Shown here in pieces: positions 60,949 through 64,000 of a DNA stretch of 64,000 nt. The notes beneath the pieces are model-generated. The model was given only the letters and a program-made list of their open reading frames with translations. It made no database searches and was not told the origin of the DNA. Location: contig OZ116698.1 in assembly GCA_964199315.1 (NCBI GenBank), forward strand, positions 5,766,001-5,830,000. Reading direction: 5' to 3'. The stretch comes from Orbicella franksi. Its lineage: Eukaryota. The stretch's first letter is position 1, and the number at the start of each line of letters is the position of its first letter. A program made the translations under genes and the position numbers.

Positions 60949-62704
60949 GCGAAAGAAGTCGCCAGAAGCGTCTCTACGGCCTGAAAGATAAAAGTAATGA
61001 CGAAACCTGTAGTAAACGGGAGGGGGGTGGGGGGTGGGGGTCGTAAACCAAAAGATGAATAAACTGTATGGAACCGCGAGCGTGAATGGTACTCAAGAGA
61101 CAGCGGAGAGTATAAATACTAATAACTGGCCAATCAGGACATCCATGCAAAACAGAATGCACAATAGTGGGTGCGGCAGGTGTGAGACGAAAACAACTGC
61201 GACTAATTACTTGGAATAACAGCGGAAAATACATTTTTGTGCGACTCAGAAATCCCTTCTGAACCCACGCGCGGGTTTTCTCAGTACTGGCATCCGGTGT
61301 AGATGACACGAATAAGTTTAAAGAGAACAGCTTTACAATATATCTTTGTTCTTTCTACTACTCATTAGCGATTTTCTATGTTTTTGCGTGTTGCCATCGC
61401 CACATTTATGCAACCGGTTGTTCTTCTTATCACCTTCAGCCATCTCATTTATGACCAGGTATCGCATAAGGCCTCTCCATAGCGCTTCTAGTCTTCTCTG
61501 ACTGCTGCAGACAGAGCATGATTTCCAGGCCGCCCCGTTCCTTTCTTTCTCTACTGTAGGACCTCCAGGTGGTTATATATTCTAATTATTTGTCACCTAC
61601 ACCGCTTTTTATACCACGCACAGTGGAATATTTTCTTTACAATACCTGACGATGCCGAAGATCGACGAAAGCTTGGAATTAAAAGAATAACAGCTACTCA
61701 AGGCCTCAATCCAATCGTCTATTTAATCAACATGCTACTGAAGGACAACTCCAAACGTTTACTTTTCGCTGACTGTTTAGCTTTCCTGAAAAAAACTAAA
61801 TAAGCAGTTTCGACGACCGTTTTCCGTTTCCCGTTTCCAAGAATGGGAGGAAAGAACTAACACTGCCGACATTTTACAAAGACACCGTGAATAATAGCAA
61901 TAGAACATCACGAAGACCCTGCCATCGGTTATGGATAAACTGCTTTAGCCGATCGCGAGATAAATAGAAAGATCCAACACACTACATTCGCTTCTTAAAG
62001 AAAACAGCTATATCTTATGCTATTGGCAGTTGGCCGCGGACGGCCTTAGACACATTCAATGACCTACTTTTGTAGCTTTTTGTTGTCATTCTGTACGTGC
62101 CTCTTCTGCAGAACAAATAATACTAATAATTGTTTTTTTTAGTGTTATGAGAGATAATGAAATCAACAGATGCCACAAGCTGAATCAACAGCAATGATAG
62201 CAAGAAAGGCTGCTACAGAACAAATAATAATAATAATAATTGTTTTTTCCCGTACTTTCTACTAAAGGCGACATAAGCAATGGCCAAAGTTCTGCGTGAA
62301 ACAGCGTAGCTTGTGATCATAGTTAGTGGTAGTATTCCCCTCCACTAACTATGTTGTGATTAATAACGTTTTTGCAATACTCCAAGGATCTTTGGAATAA
62401 AAAGAAATATAACAGCAGACTTCAGGATTGTTTGAAACTTCTTGCCATCATTGTTAGGTCAGTATTAATACACGAAGGAATTCAATGTGCTAATTATTCC
62501 TCCTTGGCAAACAGACAGGTTAATATATAATCTGTTGTTGTTTCCCAGAATAGAGTATTATAATGCGTGGGAATACGTGACGTCATAGATTAGGCCGGGC
62601 ACGTCCGCCTCTCCATATAAACACTGTCATTTCGAATTATTCTTAGTCTGTGTACAAAGCAGTTTCTCCCGGCATCTGTTTGTGGAGTTTTTGAAACTTT
62701 TTCT

Positions 62705-63235
62705 GTGGAGATGTCCGCTTTCAATTCTTCACCCGAATTAGTTTTGTCTAAGAACTGTGCGAAATATCTACTTGCAAGAAATGCCGGTGAGAAGGCACTC
62801 TTTAACAAACAGTCTTGGTTGATAGACAAAGCCAAATCGAAGGAAGAGAGAGCGTTTGGCAGAGAAAGGGAGCGGCTTTTACAACGCCGTCACTCAAGAA
62901 TGCAAGAGATCGGTCAAACACCTCAGCCTCGCGAAAGAGTGAGTGTGGTCCAAAAGATTTCAAGAACTGAGGCTTCGGAGAGCGATAGATGGGAGGTACA
63001 GAGTGACACACCATGTTACAAGACACAGCGAAGAAAACAAGGAGTCTCGAAGTCGCCATTGTGGTCATCTGATGAATCTCTGTTGCTTTCAGCGTCCTCA
63101 GCTGATCAAACCAGTACAGTGAGGCAAACGGCCATGTCACATCAGGCTCAAGAAAACAGTCCGAGAAGTTTGCGGTCTTTGAGTTGTGTTCTTCCACCCA
63201 TTTCACTTCAACGAACAAATTCTGTTAGAAAGTAG
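62705..63235 (+). CDS. Family B protein, copy 2 (176 aa)
   Basis: Intact ORF highly similar to 38895-39440. Confidence 0.7.
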   Translation: MEMSAFNSSPELVLSKNCAKYLLARNAGEKALFNKQSWLIDKAKSKEERAFGRERERLLQRRHSRMQEIGQTPQPRERVSVVQKISRTEASESDRWEVQSDTPCYKTQRRKQGVSKSPLWSSDESLLLSASSADQTSTVRQTAMSHQAQENSPRSLRSLSCVLPPISLQRTNSVRK

Positions 63236-64000
63236 AAAAGAGATTTGTGGATGGATACAAGCAAAGAACCCAGGACTAAGATATTTAACGAACCTTGACT
63301 GAGAGAATTCATAGCTCCTATTATATTTTAAGTGGAACATAGGAGATGTAAGATATATAAGTCATATATATAACGAGGCTCGAATCATGGGTCAAATGAA
63401 AAATTGTAAAATGTTTTTATGGAGTGTAAATGTAGATTACAGAGAGGAATGATGTCAAAATTAGAACGTGATCATGACAATTCTACGTGATGCAAAATAT
63501 CGATTACCAGAAAGTATGTAATATACAACGGGTTTTTATTTATTAGACAAACAATGCGTGACTCTTGTTGACCCAAGTTTGTAAAATAATTGACGTCAAT
63601 CTCGGCGATTCTTTAAGAACGCGTGGGTCTGTAAAACATAGATGTTTAATTCAAGCTGGTATAGAGTTCAAAATTATTTATTGCCGCAAACCGGTACTTA
63701 AATGTGCGAATGGTTGTATAAAACATTCAAAAATCTTATATGAAAACATTAAAACACTTTATCACGCGAAATTCTGCCTCAGGTGTCAAGTGTTCTTTTC
63801 TATTCAGAAGATTAAAACTTATACAATGGGAGTCTACATTCCCAAAATTCCTAAATTGCTTTGCAATGGATGCAAATGTTTAAACAAAATACACTAGATG
63901 ATTGTTTGAATGATCATCAGACCAAGAATACCCGCCCATCGACCCCGTAGGCTGCATATTGTTAATATTGACCTACAGTAGGAGTACCGGACGATGAAAT

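Larger units (their letters stand above)
57273..61235 (-). mobile_element. DIRS-order (tyrosine-recombinase) retrotransposon, DIRS1/PAT-like with MT domain, 5'-truncated
   Basis: Gag zinc knuckle, RT-RNaseH-MT and YR in order; absent from the paralogous site at about 32215. Confidence 0.92.
52260..64000 (+). repeat. Segmental duplication, copy 2 (runs off the window end)
   Basis: Colinear with about 25440-26700 and 28880-40177 once insertions are removed. Confidence 0.9.

Noticed and set aside
1549-62835. Numerous 60-140 aa antisense or alternative-frame ORFs in the track (e.g. 1549-1899, 26118-26396, 39007-39423, 43532-43906)
   Set aside because: Shadows of real coding sequence on the other strand or frame.
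63565-63897. 110-aa ORF downstream of family B
   Set aside because: The paralogous sequence at about 39745-40070 is frameshifted and has stops.

Overview
Eukaryotic, AT-rich, intron-containing DNA. The repeat families resemble those of stony corals (cnidarians), which is my inference and not a database result. The window is a transposon-dense region plus a partly duplicated cluster of small host genes. In order: (1) the right end of a decayed Polinton/Maverick with a protein-primed PolB pseudogene and a divergent RING-finger ORF (1-5080); (2) LINE and MITE debris; (3) a degenerate ORF in which a RecQ helicase C-terminus runs into a GCM/WRKY-like zinc domain and a Mutator-type DDE motif (12.1-15.4 kb); (4) a Harbinger transposase/Myb pair, a hAT remnant, and a kinase pseudogene split by a LINE that carries a fold-back copy of its own target flank (15.9-23.7 kb); (5) a family of about 170-180 aa basic helical-protein genes in a segmental duplication (about 25.4-40.2 kb and 52.3-64 kb) whose copies took up different insertions; (6) a full-length Sola3-like element with about 570-bp TIRs (41.1-47.8 kb); (7) class A GPCR genes; (8) a DIRS-order tyrosine-recombinase retrotransposon (57.3-61.2 kb). 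The most unusual signal is inside the DIRS element: six copies of a conserved ~15-nt core at a near-exact 35-nt period, separated by divergent ~20-nt spacers, between pol and the recombinase.
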